Shown here piece by piece: positions 42,701 to 56,361 of a stretch of 64,000 nucleotides of DNA. The notes beneath the pieces are model-generated. The model searched no databases, was not told where the DNA came from, and saw only the letters and a program-made list of their open reading frames with translations. The position numbers and the translations under genes are program-made. Each line of letters starts with the position of its first letter. The first letter of the stretch is position 1. Source of the DNA: Chrysomallon squamiferum (Eukaryota > Animalia > Mollusca); NCBI GenBank assembly GCA_012295275.1, contig CM022666.1, positions 7,006,001 through 7,070,000 on the forward strand. Reading direction: 5' to 3'.

Positions 42701-44625
42701 TATGTATAAAAATAAAATAATATTATATTTCCAATGTGCTCAAGCAGTCACACAGAAAGTTTTTCACTTAAAAAAAAACCCAACTAATCCCCAAAACTAT
42801 GAGCTGACATTAACACTGGACAAGTCTATGCCAGAAGGTTTGATGCTATGACTGAATGTTCAGTCCTGCCAGACGCATGTTAAATGACATGATGATGCAT
42901 GGGTTGCTTTTTTTTTTTTTCTCTTTCTTTCTCTCTCAAAACCCTGAAGGAAATGTCAGGACAGAGGGCCCAGACTGTAGGAAGGCACCAGATTTGAGTC
43001 TGCATGTTGCAAAGGAAATGAGAAAATAAATGAATCCAAACTAAATTTAGCCAATAATGTTTCGTTTGATATTCTTGTTCTGTTAAGTCGAAAAAGGATT
43101 TAATTTTTTTCTCTTTCCTTTTTTTTTTTTTTTTTTTTTTTTTTATGAAGCTTGGTACAGAAGCACCTATTTAAAATAGATCACCTAAAGTTGGATTTGA
43201 AGCAAATAAAACTGAAAATTAGAAAGAAAAAGAAGGAAACGGCTCCAGTGTAAATTGTAATCGGATTTAGAGAAAATTGGAAACCTTTTTGCGATTTATT
43301 TATATAATTATTAATTATCTGGAGATTTATTTATTTATTTAATTTATTTATTTAGTTTTTTTTTTTTATTTTTTTTTTTTTTTACAATTTTGTTTATTTA
43401 CTTACTTACTACCTTAATTACTTACTTATTTATTTATTTATTGCATTTTACTTTCATTTTTTTCTATATAACACAAAAGCTTAATAAAGTAATTCAAAAT
43501 CAGTATTTAATACTCTAAAACTCCAAAATCATCAAAAATAAAATGTTCATGTTAAAATCATTTTCATATCTCTTTAACTTTTAAATCATGGCAGATACAG
43601 TACACATTACATTACACCAACTGCTAGATAAAAATTTTGTTTCCAACAATATTTGGCCAGAAGTAATAAAACAGTTGAAAATAGTTTATTTTATTTATTT
43701 ATTTATTTATTTATTATTGTTGCTGTTGTTTTACAAAGAAAATTTTTTCCCAAAGAAAATTGATGAAAACCTTTAATTAAACAAGTTTTGGGAATTTTTG
43801 CTCGAAAACAAAGTCAAAACAAAAACTTGACAGTGTTTGTTATTATATCAAATACAATAAACAAATAATACACGAAAAGGTATAATCAAAACAGACATAT
43901 ATCTCTGCTTTTTGTTAGTATATCTAATGTTCTAATTATTACAATATCACAGTAACAGTTATAATCAAAATGAACTTCTCTACTTTAATTACCAGATCCA
44001 GTGTTTCAGTTATTACAATATTGCCATAACACCTGGGGGGGTCAAACTCTCCCTTTCTGCCTTAATTATCTCAACCAATGTTTCAATTAGCACACTAATA
44101 CTGTAACAGTTCAGGTCAAACGCGCTTTAATGCCACTTTCAGTGGCTTAATCATACAAATTGGATTAACCTGTGACCTTCTGACCCCTCGGAGATAAATC
44201 CATAATCATTTTGTGCGCTGAAAGCCAGGACAAATGACATCAGATGAAAGGAGATGGAGAGAAAAGCATTGTGAAATTTTGAAATCTCGTTTGACTAATG
44301 GATTCAGGGGTGAAATACTGTTCGACTGTTTGTGGGTTTCTGTCCTGCAGAAGTAGAATTAAAATGATGGGATTCTTGGTTTGGTCGGCACACTCTGAGC
44401 TGGAATATTAAACTTTTTGTAGGTTTTCTTAGCCTTCGCGTTTTGTCACCAGACTGGAAACTAGGCAACAGTAATAGACCTGTTGATTTGATTTTTATTT
44501 TTTATTTGAATTTTTATTTTTTTTTGATGTTGCAAGCACACACAAATGTACACAATATGTTTTTAGCACAAAAAGGTTAGAATATTTCGGTTTGTTTTTT
44601 TGTTTTTTAATTTTGTAAAATTTTT

Positions 44626-44682
<57 letters not shown>

Positions 44683-45368
44683 TTGTTTTTAACTGATATT
44701 TTTTTTTATTATTAATTTTTTACTCAGTTGTTATTAGTTTTTAATCATTTGTTATTGTTGTTCCATTATCATCATTGTCATCATTCATCTCATTACATTA
44801 TCTACTAGTTTTATAATAATAAAATTTAAAAAAAAAAAAAAAAAATACAACAATCAAAGAAAATTAAGAAAGTTATTTAAATGAAAGAAAAAAAGATCTG
44901 CTGGCCAAAGTACAAAACTTTAATTAAAATCTATTTATGTTCTGTATTTAACTTAGTTCTGCTACCGATATTAACATACAAACCTGTATGTATGTTAATA
45001 ATTAAAAACCAGAAAAAAAAAAACCCAGAAAAAATACAAATTTCTAACTTAGTAGTATGTCTAGTGTCAGAGTCCTATTAAAAATTATCTCTCAGCATAC
45101 ATTTGGCTAGATTCGTAAAAACTATTTTTAAAAAGCGATTTGTAGAGCTCAAAAAGCAGTCAGTTTATGACTGTAACATTTTTTTTTTTTTTTTAAATTA
45201 TACTTTAAAAATGTGGTTAACTGGTTTAAATTTGTAGAAATAATATTAACATAATTAAATATAATTTGAAGTTCAAGTTGGCACTTCAAAATGTAAATAA
45301 CTAAAATTTAAAAAAAAAAAAAAAAAAAAAGGAAAAGTATAATTACAAATATTCATCTAAATGAAAAC

Positions 45369-45404
<36 letters not shown>

Positions 45405-46305
45405 GTTTTCTTTATAAATATAAAAGAAATTAGTATTAGTATTACAAAATTTTAAAAATCATTCCAATAACTCCTTACAACTATAAGTGAAAAGAAAAAG
45501 ATTAACATATAATCAAATAATTCCCCCTCAGAAAAAAACAAACAAAACAAACAAAAAATAAACAAAAACAGTCATGGGGCTATGTTTGGATTGGGAATTA
45601 ACCCAGTTAGCAAAATGAAGAGGACAGATCATCCAACAACAAACTTAACCTCAGCCTAGTTCTCTATCCAGTGAAACACTGCCTTCTGTGTCTTAGAGAC
45701 CTTATAAAATGTGACCTTATTCAGCAAAATCTGTCCTACTGGTTCTAGGTCAAAACAGAGAGAATAATAATAATTTTCAAGCCATTAGGTTAAAAGTATT
45801 GATTTTTCAGTTTTCATCAAAATAAAGTGCTTCAGGCATTTTTGTTTTTGAAAATGTTACTCTGAAATTGTTAAAAGGAGAAATGCCGATTCATCTGAAG
45901 TTAGCTTGTTACATGGCTGTGAATTAGAATGAACTCTTAAACACTCTTTTCTCAAAACTGAAACTTCCAGACAAATTTGTTTTAATTATTAGCATCTTTG
46001 TTCAACTGCCAGTTTGCTTGTGAACCTATAATGATCAGATCTCTTAAATAAAAAATGTCATGAAAAGTGTAAGTATGACTCATTTTGGTATGTGTGGTCA
46101 CGTTTATTATTAATACAGTTACAGTATTTTTTATCTTTTAATAAAACTTTTTTTTTTAATCTGTTAAACAATTTTTCGGTTTAAGCAACAAAACAACATA
46201 TGATTCTAATTTAACAGCTGCAAAATAATTGTTTTTTTCAAATAACTATAACAATTTTTTACTATTATGATTTTGTTTTCTAACTACATTCATTTACTTA
46301 TATTA

Positions 46306-46336
<31 letters not shown>

Positions 46337-46345
46337 ATGTTAAAC

Positions 46346-46376
<31 letters not shown>

Positions 46377-46789
46377 ACTACAGAATGGTTCTTTTTCATT
46401 TTCCCATAATCACCAATAAAACAAAAGGGCTTCCTTGGCCTATTTTATGAATGACAACGTTAGCTTTGAGTGAAGAAATGTGTTAATTTGAAAATGGACT
46501 TATCTAATAACAGTGAACGTGTGGGAGAAGCGAGTATGACACACTCTAATTGTGTGTGTGTTTGCGGAAACTCTTTATGTCATTCACAGTGTCAGCTACT
46601 AATAGTCTGTAACAGAAAATAAAATAAACACAGATTCTAGCTTAGTTTGAGATAATGGATAGAAGAAAGATTGTGGCTTTTTTTGAATCTGATGGCTTTT
46701 TTTTTTTTTTCCCCTGATGTTTCTGTTGGGTTTTTAATCTAAGGAGAATTCAAAAAAACCAAAATCAAAGAAAGTCATGAATTAGTTCA

Positions 46790-46844
<55 letters not shown>

Positions 46845-47846
46845 TACTTATTATTACTATTATTATTGCTAAATAATTGTGAAATTATTATTGTTATTAT
46901 TATTACTCATGCTATTAATTATATTGCAGTTTTTATAATTATTACTTTTACTGTTATATTACTATTACCATTACCATTATTACTATTATCTTCATCATCA
47001 TCATCATCATCATCACTATCATTATTACTACAGCCACAAAATCTGAAAGCACTATATTTAACAGACCAAAGTTTATACAATTTGTTTTTTCTTTTCTTTT
47101 TTTCTTTCTGAGTATTTCAGGGATCAATAATCAGACAGATCATTAAAGAAGATAAAGATATATGTGACAAGAAAATCATCAATGCATCAGTGATTATTTC
47201 TGCAACTTTGAAACTAATCACTCAGTTTTCATGGCTACAGATTCCAATAAATCTGAAATATGGTTTTCTAAAGAGGTATATTTCATATCTGTGGCTGAAG
47301 AAAAAGAAACCCTTGTTTTTTGTTATGGTTTTTTTTTTTTTTTTGCTGTTCTTTTTCTACAAGTTAATATTGCAGTTTGTTTGATATACATGGAATAATG
47401 CAATTATTATGAGTGAACATTATCACTGTGTAGGTAGTTATGTTTTATTAAGAATGGATGGAAAGATGGATGGATGGATGGAGAGATGGACGTAAGTCAT
47501 TAAGAGTATTTTCTAAAAATACAAATTTAGTATTTTGCTCTAATGAACAATATAAACTGAGTCAAGGATTTCTGGCACAAAAAATGGTCACTGGTTAATT
47601 TTATATATCCTTCTTGGCAAGTCTCAGAGTTCACATGTCAAAAAAATAAATAAACAGTTTACAAAAAAGTACATTTTCTTCCTTTTTTAAAACAAATCAT
47701 CTTATAACCCAATTACTGTTTATTTATTTTCTTTGGCCATAAAACTTGTAGAGCGAACCTGCACACAAAAAGCAGAAAAAAAAAAAAAAAAAAAAAAAAA
47801 GTAGGTTATGGTGTTAGTAAAGTATTAGAAATATGTTTTCACTAAC

Positions 47847-47911
47847 CTGAACAGCAGAAATCCAAGGGAGGTAACTGCAACTCTTCTGACATCATCATTT
47901 ACATCACTAAC
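47847..47911 (-). CDS. PSMD1: PSMD1 exon [21 protein letters not shown](R), 65 nt, phase 0 to 2
   Basis: tttttgcag acceptor and gttagt donor. Matches human [22 protein letters not shown]. Confidence 0.93.
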
Positions 47912-48056
47912 CTGCAAAAATACAAATATTCAAATAAAATGAGTTTTCTGAGAAGGAAATAGCTGATATTTTGAAAGATAAAAAGCTACACTGATAATTT
48001 GTAACTGATTTATGTACCTTTTCAGTGTTTTTAATCATTTCTTATACCACTTATTT

Positions 48057-48107
<51 letters not shown>

Positions 48108-48888
48108 AAAGATAAGATTGAAAAAGGAGAAATAATAATAAAAAAAAAAATAAACTCTAAAATAAACAAGAAGAAAAAAGAAAGAAAAAAAAGACCATCA
48201 TTAGAGAGTAAAGAATAATGGAAAAATGGAGACAAAAAAAAAAAAAAAAAAAAATTCCAAAAAAGAAAAACTAATCATGAAAACACGAATGTTTTACATA
48301 GAACACACAGAAAAAGAGACAGAGAGAGATATATGTAATATTTATACTTCTAAAACAAATGTAAATAAATATCTCCATATCTGTGCATTGATAAGAAGCA
48401 TTCTAAATGGCTGCTACAAAGTAAAAGTAAGCAGATGATTCATTCGCACACACACACACACACACGAAAAACATACACAAATTAAATAAATTAAATTAAA
48501 TAAATACTTAACAATGGTCTGCATTTGGGTTTTTTAAGCAAGAAAAAATTCTGCAAATCTAAAATTTATTTTGACCTTTATATTAAAAAATATTTAAAAA
48601 AAAAATTATAATGATAGATTTTTCTACATTTAGAAAAAAAAAAAAAAAAGATATTTGCTGTAATGACTGCCTTGGAAGATGACAGACTAAAATAAATGTC
48701 TGATGACTGGACTGTTTCTTCATTATGTCAGGTGCATTAGACACAATAATCTGAATAATGTAGATGCTAAAACAAAAATAATTTTAAAAAAAAGAAGATT
48801 TCTGAGATATTCTGATGCAGAAAATGAATTAGTGCATTCGGGCTGTGAGTGAAATCGTGAATAATTGTTAATTCTTAGTATATTTCTA

Positions 48889-48958
<70 letters not shown>

Positions 48959-49743
48959 TTGCATCTTTAAGTGTATGTGTGTTTTTAAGTATATACATAT
49001 ATTTCCGTATTTTTGAATTTATGTATATATTTACATATACATGTGTGGTGTACATTTCTATTTCATTCTATATGCTTATTTAAGAGTATATGTCGCATTG
49101 TGTGTATTTAAATGTATGTGTAGTTAAGTGTACATGTGTATTTGTGTGTATATGTGTATTTGTGTGTGTATGTGACCACTCAAAATTAGTTTTTATTGTT
49201 ACTATATCAGAAAAAAAAATATACATGATTTTCTTAATCAATAAATATTGATTTTCAGTTTCATCAAAATGAAAATAATCAGCAATTGTTTTCTTTTTGA
49301 AAACATTACTGTGTAAAATGTCATATCTCTCTATCATTATGACAAAATAACTACACCATGCAAGATAAAAAAGCAATTCAGAAAGTAATTTCTTTTAATG
49401 AAAAATCTTTTTCACAGCTGCATCTAATTGTTATTAACTCTCAAATTATCTTTGACATTTTCACACTTTGGGTTTCATTCTGAAAAATATATTAAGCTCT
49501 TTGCAAATACGAATATTATACAAGTATAATTATGACAAATGTAAAAAGGTAGGGCTACACACACATGCACACAAACAAACAAACAAACAAACAACTGACT
49601 ACAAAGATAAAACTGATTTAAATGTCAGTTTGAGTTAACATTCCTTTAGAACAAACTTTTTCATTTAATTCCTTTTTTTTTTTTTTTTTTTTGAATTATT
49701 GTTATTTTTAAACAGTAGTTAGAAACAAAGATTCTCTTTTGAA

Positions 49744-50035
49744 ATCTTAATTTTTTAACAGAACAGTGTTTAATAACTAAATATTTACTCATTTTTAAAT
49801 TCGTTTTTAAAAACATTTAACAACTACAAAGTTAATTTTAAATCCTAATTTCTGAAGTGAAAAAGGCCAATTTTTAATTGCTATTATCAAACTTTACATT
49901 TTATGTTTCATTTTCCAATCTATTCTTATTACTTTTCCAAATCCTACTTTCTGTAATTTCACTTTTGTTATATAATTCTCTTTTTTTTTTCTTTCTTCTT
50001 CTTTTTCTTTAAACAAGCCATAAAATTTTCTCAGG
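49744..50035. repeat. ~290-bp intronic repeat, copy A (direct copy at 56362-56673)
   Basis: Shared blocks such as gtgtttaataactaaata, ttaattttaaatcct and attatcaaactttacattttatgtttcattttc. Confidence 0.85.
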
Positions 50036-50399
50036 AAGAGCCAAAGAAGTGAAAATGGACAGAAACAAAGTCCTACAAATATACAAGAAAATAGTGTCAT
50101 CCTGACTACCTCTGGTACACACACAGAGAACAAGCTTCAGACAGCTACATTCTGCACCATCAAGTGAACTAATTACTACCAAATTAGTGTGAAGATGAGT
50201 TTCGCAGGTTTGATCAGGGTTCACAGAACACAAGGGGAAGTAAGCAGCCAAAGGGCAGAGAGAGAGGAAAAACTCGGAGCTTTGTGAGAAGATCAATAAA
50301 ACATGCCGTAAGCCAGTGTCCATGTCGAAGTAATGGGCAAAATTCACAGAGGCATTATCTGAGTCACAGCTCTATGTATTTTATTATATTCTTTTTTTT

Positions 50400-50910
50400 T
50401 TGAATGTCTGTTAACAAGTTAACAAGTCTAAGTTTATATTAGTGTCATTACTAGTGTATCAATCAAATATTTTATTTAATAATTTCATCATAAAAATGGT
50501 TAAGTTTAACTGCTGTGTTGGTGATTTGTTATATGTTAAATTAACAAGTTAAATTTATATTGTTATTTTTACACATATATTGATGATTTTTGTTTTTTAA
50601 ATGAATTTTGTTATTACTGGTTAAAGTGTTTCTGCTGTATTCAGATCACTGTCTGTTAAATTAACAAGTGAAATTTATCTTAATATTATTACACGTATAT
50701 ATTGATACTTTTTTATATAATAATTTTGAAACTGTTAAAACTTTAAAGGCTGTGTTCACAATCCATGTTAAATTAATTAGTCAAATGATGTTATTAGAGG
50801 CAGCAACAGTATCTTGATGAAATATTTTTTTGAACAGTTTTGGCAAAAAGCTGTTGAACTACACTATACAGAGAGTTAATGTTTGTTAAATTAAGAAACA
50901 AATTCTTATG
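50400..50910. repeat. Degenerate ~120-bp tandem repeat, about 5 copies
   Basis: tgttaaattaacaagt-like anchor near 50410, 50534, 50654, 50766 and 50884. Confidence 0.7.
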
Positions 50911-51096
50911 AAAATTATTAGTCTGAGGCAACACTTAAACTGTGTTGTTGTTTTTACTTGGCTTTAACATTCAAAAATACATTACATCACAATTACAAAT
51001 CTTTTTAAAAATGTTTAATTGAGACATGTTTATTTTAGAATAAACAATTTAAATAACTATATTCATTCATTCATTCAAAAAAAAATAATAATAAAA

Positions 51097-51148
<52 letters not shown>

Positions 51149-53630
51149 AATAAATATCTAAATAAATGGTATTGGTACTTGGTTAAGAAATATAAAGTAG
51201 TTTAACAGAGGACGAAAGCCCTGGTGGTTTAATACATTTTGTTTAATATCAAATAAACCCACCGTTTATAAGATGTGAAACCTGCAGATGAAACAGCGAG
51301 GACTGTTTTTATCCTTTCGTATGTGTATGTCTGTCCATGTGTGTGTGTGTGTGTGAGTGTGTTTGTGTTTGTGAGTATTTCTGTGAGTGACTATATGCTA
51401 GTATCTTTCTGCATATGTTTGTAGATGTGTCTATGTCTTTACTTAAGTGTGTGTGTGTGTAAAAACCTCTGTGAAACTGGATTACAAACTAGATATACAC
51501 AAATTGGACTGACACTGTAACCTATCATGAGCGAAACTGATGTTCTTAACCACTGAGATTTAAGTTAAAACTTCTAATTATTTATTAGTATGGGAAGTTG
51601 AGTTTTTCCTACTTACAGTTTGTTTAAAGAGTTTGAAGCTAACTGTGATTATTATTTCAATTGTTTTATATAACATCTTTATTCATAAGATCATAAATTC
51701 ATAAACACTGAACATTACAATTAAATAAAATTAGTTAAATATTTGTAATTATTAAATTACAAAAAGTTAAAATACATTAAATATGATGAATAAAAACAAA
51801 TAAATAGAAAAACTCTTTAAACACAAATTAAAAGTAACTACCAACTTCAAGTGACTGAAGTGTTTGGTAATGAAAAGGTAGCATTATCAATACTGGCAGT
51901 GTTAACAGTCAGTGTACTTTTATGTGGTGTTACTAAAAATAGAAGTAGTAAATTAAAACTAAACATTATTAGTGTTGTATTTTAGGAAATGGTGATGAAG
52001 AAGGTATTTTTAAACTTTTTTTATTTTGTATTTATTTATTATTATTCGTTTGTCAATAGAGTAAATTGAAATCAAAAGTTATTAATGATGCACTGTTATG
52101 AATTGTTACATAAAATGAAATGAAGAGAGATTTAATACTGTTGTTCAGATTTTTTTTTTTTAAAAATAACATTTTGTAAGGTTTGATTTTTGCTAAGTAG
52201 AGGGTTTTTTTTTTTCTTTTTTTGTTGTGTATAATTTTAATACAAAAAATACAACAAAAAAAAAACATAAAATTTTGTTTTAAAACAGCTGAATTACTAA
52301 TCTGAAACTAAACAAATTTAATAACATACTATTACTCCTCCAGAATTTTAAAATCTGAAATCAAATTATCTTAAAAAATGTCAAATAATTTTTCTGTCAT
52401 TATTTAATATAAGAATGAAAGCACTAGACACTATCATACAGATATGGATAAAAAATGTTTGGTTGAAAGATAGTTTTTTTAATACATCTTCCAAAATATA
52501 GTATTTTTTTTTTTTTTTTTTTTTTTTTTGGTTTCTGGGAGATCTTTTATTATGTAAAGGCCAAAAAAATGAAAATGAATAAATAAATTCCAGTAAGAAA
52601 ATGAAAAAGTCTGCTGCACGTTAATCAAAGAAAACAAATCTGTCAAAAAGACATATTACAAGAGGCATCAAAAGTTATTAAATTTAAACTGAAAGCAAAT
52701 TACAGAGAAATAAAATAAGTGACACTGAAATTTTGTATAACACATACTTTAAACTGTATGGAAATTTAATATTTATTTACAAGGTTGCCTCAATTTACAA
52801 CAAATTTTTTTTTTTTTTTTTTTTTTTTATTATGGTTGAATTTATTGCTGAATTATTTTTTAATTAATTGTTGTTTCTTTTATTTCTTTTCTCCCAACCC
52901 CTTATCAATTATCAATTTTTATTATTTATTTACTTTTTTTTTAAAAAGCAAATAAGAATACTTAAATATTCTTATTGGTTATTATTTTTTAAATAGTATT
53001 ATTATTTCTTACTTTTTTAGAATTATTATTACTATTACTAGTACTAGTATTTTTTATTATTTTTAAATTTTAGATTATTTACTTCTTTTTTTTTTTTTGT
53101 AGGAGCAATTAAAAAACCTTCAATATTTTAATGACATAAAATGATGTTTGGAAAATTAATAAATGAGAAACCTGTAATTTTCTAAAAAATGAAAAGTGTC
53201 TTTTTGTTATCTACTGATTTGAGTGCTGTTTACACTTCTGTAGCATCAACAGAAAAAATTATAACTCTTTTCAAACATCCAAGTAAACGACTTTCAAATA
53301 CTTCTCACTTTTTAATTATTATCATTTGTTAATAAAATGCAGTTTGCATGCTTTCACATCCTTATATTCACCTCTTATAACAGCTGGAATTGTCAACAAG
53401 AAGCCTTTCTAATAATGTGTCCAGTTAGTTATTTTAAAATAATATATTTAATATGTAATAGCTATTACACTGAGTATTAGAATGGGAAAATACAAAAAAA
53501 ATTTTGATTGTGAAATATTTCCAGATAAGTTAGCTAGGACCACAATTAAAATCAACTTATTGTAAAAAATCATTTTAAACCAGGAAATACCGTTTTTCAT
53601 TTTAAAATTGTTTTTCGTTACAAAACTTAC

Positions 53631-53845
53631 CGCCACATGTAAGAGTTTTCTGATGGCCTGGTTGTTGCCTGAGCCGCAGTAGGCCATGGCGATGGTGTAC
53701 ATGCCTGACCAGCGGAGTATGGGGTCTTTGTCTCGTGTCAAGCTCTCAATCAGGGCCGGGCTTCTTCCAAACGTCCATACATTGTTAGTGCAATCCCAAT
53801 AGCCAAGCCCCTCAGGATTTTTTCATGTTGTGTTTCTTGGGCATA
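53631..53845 (-). CDS. PSMD1: PSMD1 exon [29 protein letters not shown][43 protein letters not shown], with apparent 1-nt frameshift at 53757-53758
   Basis: ttgcag acceptor and gtaagt donor. Length is 215 nt where 216 is needed. Both halves are near-identical to PSMD1 PC repeats but lie in different frames. Confidence 0.9.
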
Positions 53846-54371
53846 CTGCAATATAAAGAATGCAACCTGTACGTCTTTGGGTTTGTTATTTGTCTGGGTT
53901 TTTATTATGTCTTGTTTATTTGTTCCTGTATATGCTGTCTTTGTGTCTATCTGTATACACAATGTCATGATTATTTATCTCTCTCTGCATGAGTAATTTC
54001 ATATATATTTAAAGATATTTGTCAATACATATTGCAAAATAGCAACAACAAAAATTCCTTTAAAGTGTGTTAAAATATCTTAACATTAAGAATACTCAGT
54101 CTTTCCAAATGTTTTATATCTGATAAAAGCACACACCAGCCCTCCCTATGTTACTTTCTGTGAATTATTAGTAGTTTTTTTTTTCATACTCTTATTTCCC
54201 CAATTCTTAATCAGAGATATTGGCTGTCTTGGCAATGTATTTTTTAAGTTTCATTAATTTACTTAAATACAAGAAGACTCCTCAATCGTCCATGCAGGCA
54301 GGCTGGTAACAGACATTTTGTACTTTAATTCTAAAACTTTAAAAAGTGATAAGAGAAATAAATAAACGTAC

Positions 54372-54448
54372 GGCAACCATGTCTTCGATAGCAGTAGCAG
54401 ACTTGGTGCCCAGCATCACCAGACCCATAGCCAAACCAGCAGCTTCTC
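54372..54448 (-). CDS. PSMD1: PSMD1 exon (G)EAAGLAMGLVMLGTKSATAIEDMVA, 77 nt
   Basis: GT-AG bounded, in phase with neighbours, PC-repeat sequence. Confidence 0.95.
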
Positions 54449-54977
54449 CTGAAAAGTAATGTTTTGTAAATTGTAACTATAGTTGTGTGTGTGTAAAGAC
54501 AGGTTGAAGGTATTTTCTGTAGTTAATAGGATTAGTTAATGTTATTTAGTTCCATTTAAAGTGTTGGAATGAATTTATAACTGATTAAGAAAACAATGAT
54601 AGGATGTCATCTTTTAGTCATAATAAAAAAAATTGATTTATAATATATTAAATGATATACAATAAATATAGAATATTTATTTATCATAGAATGAAATAAA
54701 ATAAATTAGTGTAAAATAGTGATTTAATATTTCAGACATTTTAAAAAGTTTATTGAAAAAAGGTAATTAGTTTTGAAAAATCTGTTAAAGTGTTCTTTCA
54801 GTTGCCAAAAAATGTTACATATTCTGTATCCTTTGCTAAAATTATTAATTTATTAGTTTTTCAATTCAGATGAATTAATGTTTTATAAAAGAAAAATATT
54901 GCCTCCATAGTCCATTTGTAAATAGTTTAAGTATCGGTAAAAACACAATTGTTTTTTTATAAAATATTTTGTTTTAC

Positions 54978-55028
54978 CTGTGACTGCATCATCCTGATAC
55001 AGATTAAACTTCAACTGCTCATAAATGT
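54978..55028 (-). CDS. PSMD1: PSMD1 exon (D)IYEQLKFNLYQDDAVT(G), 51 nt
   Basis: GT-AG bounded. LYQDDAVTG is conserved. Confidence 0.95.
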
Positions 55029-55325
55029 CTGAAAAAAAGAGAAAAGAAACAATTATTACAGCTAACAAATACTAGATTTTTAATTATTATTTTTAGTAGT
55101 AGTAGTAGTAGCAGTAGTACCAGCAGTAGTATCAGTAGGAGAAGAAGTAGTAGTAGCAATAGTAGTAGCAGTAGAAGTAGTAGTAGAAATAAAGACGGTA
55201 TTTCACTTGTTTTCTTTGTGAGTCCTGGATCTTACAACAGAAAGCATGCGACTGCTGATCAATACTACAAAATTATTCATTAAAAATTGGAATTTTAACA
55301 AATCTAGTTAAAAATAAATGTTCAC

Positions 55326-55386
55326 CTTGTCGTGCAGTGCCCATAGCAGCCAGTCCAACTCCCAGACAACCTCCATGTCTAACCAT
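55326..55386 (-). CDS. PSMD1: PSMD1 exon [20 protein letters not shown](D), 61 nt
   Basis: GT-AG bounded. Matches human [21 protein letters not shown]. Confidence 0.95.
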
Positions 55387-55785
55387 CTGTGGAAACCAGA
55401 AAACAAAACAAAAACTAAATAAAATACTGTTACATACAACACTGAGAAAATAAAGTTTAAATCTAGTTTCACAATGTCACAGTGGCTAATTTTCTATTAC
55501 CCACTGTTAGACATATAGTAATTCAGAAATTATTTAAAAAAAAAAAAAAAAAATAATTCTCTGCAGCAGCAAGTCTTTTGCTGAATTACCCTTCCCATAG
55601 ACAGTAAAAACATGAACAATAATCTCTGATATATAAATGTCACAGCATATAGGCTGGAATATGAAGTACATATTCAAGCTCTTGAAACTATTTTAGTCAA
55701 ATTAATTCATATTCTTTTCAGCTAGTAATTACTTGAAGCACATGGAAGTGAATGAAGTGTGTTATATATTAGAAGTTTTACTTAC

Positions 55786-55859
55786 ATCAGTGGATGCTTC
55801 TTTTAGCTGAGCCAACAAATAGTCTGTTATATCACCTCCATGGTTGGCATGAATTAAAC
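55786..55859 (-). CDS. PSMD1: PSMD1 exon (G)[24 protein letters not shown], 74 nt
   Basis: GT-AG bounded. GLIHANHG is conserved. Confidence 0.95.
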
Positions 55860-55883
55860 CTGCAAATTTATTTTATTTTTTCT

Positions 55884-55918
<35 letters not shown>

Positions 55919-56227
55919 TTTTTTTTTTAACAGAAACCAAAAGAAAAACAATAAGAAGTAAAATAAAAGAAATAAATTTAAAATAATAATTAATGTTTCA
56001 ATGAAATAAACAAGAATAGCTAACATTTATGTTTAAATAGACATTTAAAAATTTTTATTACAAAAATGAAAGACATTTCATTTCTATTTTAAACATGCAA
56101 TACACATTCTTTGTCTTCTTTTCTGTCAGTTTGTCTCTGCTTCTTTCTCCACCTCTTTATCACTTCTATTCTGTTAAAATGATGAATCACATACAAGAAG
56201 TAATAAGTAAATGATGATGAAGATTAC

Positions 56228-56327
56228 CAAGAGCAAAGAGTCCGCCTCCCTCTGAGTATGTGGATCCTGGACCAGTGTCTTTAGGCAAATACGAAGACAT
56301 CAAATGTAGAGCCTCTTTTTCATGTCC
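56228..56327 (-). CDS. PSMD1: PSMD1 exon [33 protein letters not shown](G), 100 nt
   Basis: GT-AG bounded, in phase. Confidence 0.95.
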
Positions 56328-56361
56328 CTGGAAACACAGGCAGTAACAACTTGTAAACATC

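Noticed and set aside
47712-47758. Alternative terminal PSMD1 exon after a tgtgcag acceptor (would add FALQVLWPKKINKQ-stop)
   Set aside because: It has no similarity to the expected TPEQCPSVV sequence and would truncate an essential protein. There is no support beyond an AG.
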